A stretch of DNA of 63,477 bases, the filler included, from Reticulomyxa filosa (Eukaryota; Protista; Foraminifera), in the NCBI GenBank assembly GCA_000512085.1. It is 23 parts of 23 records of this genome, joined end to end, with 100 filler letters (N's around TTAATTAATTAA, not from the genome) between each part and the next. Parts side by side here need not be neighbours in the genome. Positions count along the whole stretch, not along the records: positions 62,186 to 63,477 come from ASPP01000917.1; 22 more parts are not named here. The stretch is one strand, 5' to 3'. The translations under genes were made by a program, and so were the position numbers. A model generated the notes under the pieces. The model did no database searches. It worked only from the letters and a program-made list of their open reading frames with translations, and was not told the DNA's origin. This document shows, piece after piece, positions 62,389 to 63,477 of this stretch (within the stretch, counting starts at the first letter, position 1; each line of letters starts with the position of its first letter).

Positions 62389-63477
62389 CAGCAGGGAGAA
62401 ATGTTGTATGTATTAGAAGATGTTTTAAGCGAGAGAAATCGAGTATTTTTCATCAAAGAAAGAGAAGAGCGTAAAAAGCTGAAAAAACAATATGAAAAAG
62501 AAGGTAATATAGATAAAAAGGAAAAACTTCGACAAGATATTGAACAACTAACAAAAGTGATCGAAGAGAATCAAATTACTGTTTATGATCTTTTCAAAGA
62601 TGCGATAGCAATGACCGATTTTATTGAAAAATACAAGGTCTTTTTTTTTTTCTTTTGGTTCAGCCGGGGTTTTTTAATTTACAAAAAAAAAAGTAATACA
62701 CAAACGAATTCATGTTCATAAAAAAAATAGTCACTTCCAGATAATCATTGGGAGGCTATTTCATTCGAAACACAAACAATACTTACTGAATTTTCTCGAC
62801 GAGTGTATAATTTTGCAAGAAGACTATTCGAAACAGGAATTCCAGTTGAATTTTGTGATGGAAATCAAGGCCGAATGAGTGACAAAATGATTGATAATGT
62901 ATTTGTGTGTAAGACGAAAGCAAATAAGCAAGTGGTGTCCGTGGCTGTGGCAGGTCCTCAGTCTTCTGGAAAATCGACATTGTTACGACATCTGTTTGGA
63001 ATTGATGCAAGAGCGTCTGCAGGACGAACAACGAAAGGAATCAATTGTTGTCGAATTGATTGTGATGACAAAGAAATTATATTGGTGGACTCAGAGGGAG
63101 TGGGAGCTCCTGAATTGATTTCCGAACAAAAGGAATCGGACAGTGGAACAAAGAAAGATAATAAGATAATGTTAGGGGCATTGGCAAGTAGTCGTGTGTT
63201 CATCTTAAATTTTATGAGAAGTGGTAAATTTGCTCAATGTTTGGATGTTATTTTGTGGGCTTATGAAAAACTTAATTTGGGCGAACAAAAGGGTCGTTCC
63301 TTGTCTTCTATCAAATTTGTGTTTGTCATTCGAGATGTGTCAGAATACAACAATGACGGATGGCTGGATTCTCAAAAAGCAGAAATTCGAAATTACTTGG
63401 AAGAGAGCTTGAAAAACTCTCCAAAGTATGTGGACAGCAAAAAAAACATTCGTATTGAAGATGTAATTGGAGAGCCG
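62389..63477 (+). CDS. VLIG-type (GVIN1/URGCP-like) large GTPase domain preceded by a coiled coil; runs off the window; GTPase exon absent from the ORF track
   Basis: Intron 62638-62730, then 62731-63477 is open: GIPVEFCDGNQG..SVAVAGPQSSGKSTLLRHLFG..SAGRTTKG..LVDSEGVGAPEL..DNKI..FILN..FVFVIRDV. Confidence 0.8.

Overview
This window is not one locus. It is 23 short, unlinked contig pieces joined by 22 artificial 100-bp spacers (N-run + TTAATTAATTAA + N-run), so adjacency across a spacer means nothing. Twenty-two pieces come from an AT-rich, intron-containing, pseudogene-rich protist genome. The gene families (expanded WD40, RING/TRAF-zinc-finger, Kelch-like and 7TM families, poly-Asn proteins) suggest a foraminiferan such as Reticulomyxa filosa; this is inference. 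Housekeeping-type genes include PP2A B56, a USP deubiquitinase, AMPK/SNF1 alpha, a CAP-Gly protein, RMC1/Mic1-like, a SulP/STAS transporter, an O-methyltransferase, an RPEL protein and RNF121-like. One piece carries a decayed APE-RT non-LTR retrotransposon. One piece (32051-35373) is bacterial: a disrupted rsmD, tRNA-Lys(UUU), ispG and a hypothetical gene, probably from an endosymbiont. The most interesting signal is a multicopy eukaryotic family with the architecture GG|MQ motif, CUE-like helices, Cys4 domain, RelA/SpoT-type nucleotidyltransferase, then a segment resembling a pre-NACHT region. It co-occurs in this genome with a pseudo-caspase-TPR protein, a VLIG/GVIN1-type GTPase, a head-to-head RING-TRAF/WD40 pair and chimeric pseudogenes. 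Together these suggest a fast-turnover, innate-immunity-like repertoire. All domain calls are by-eye motif recognition; no database searches were run.
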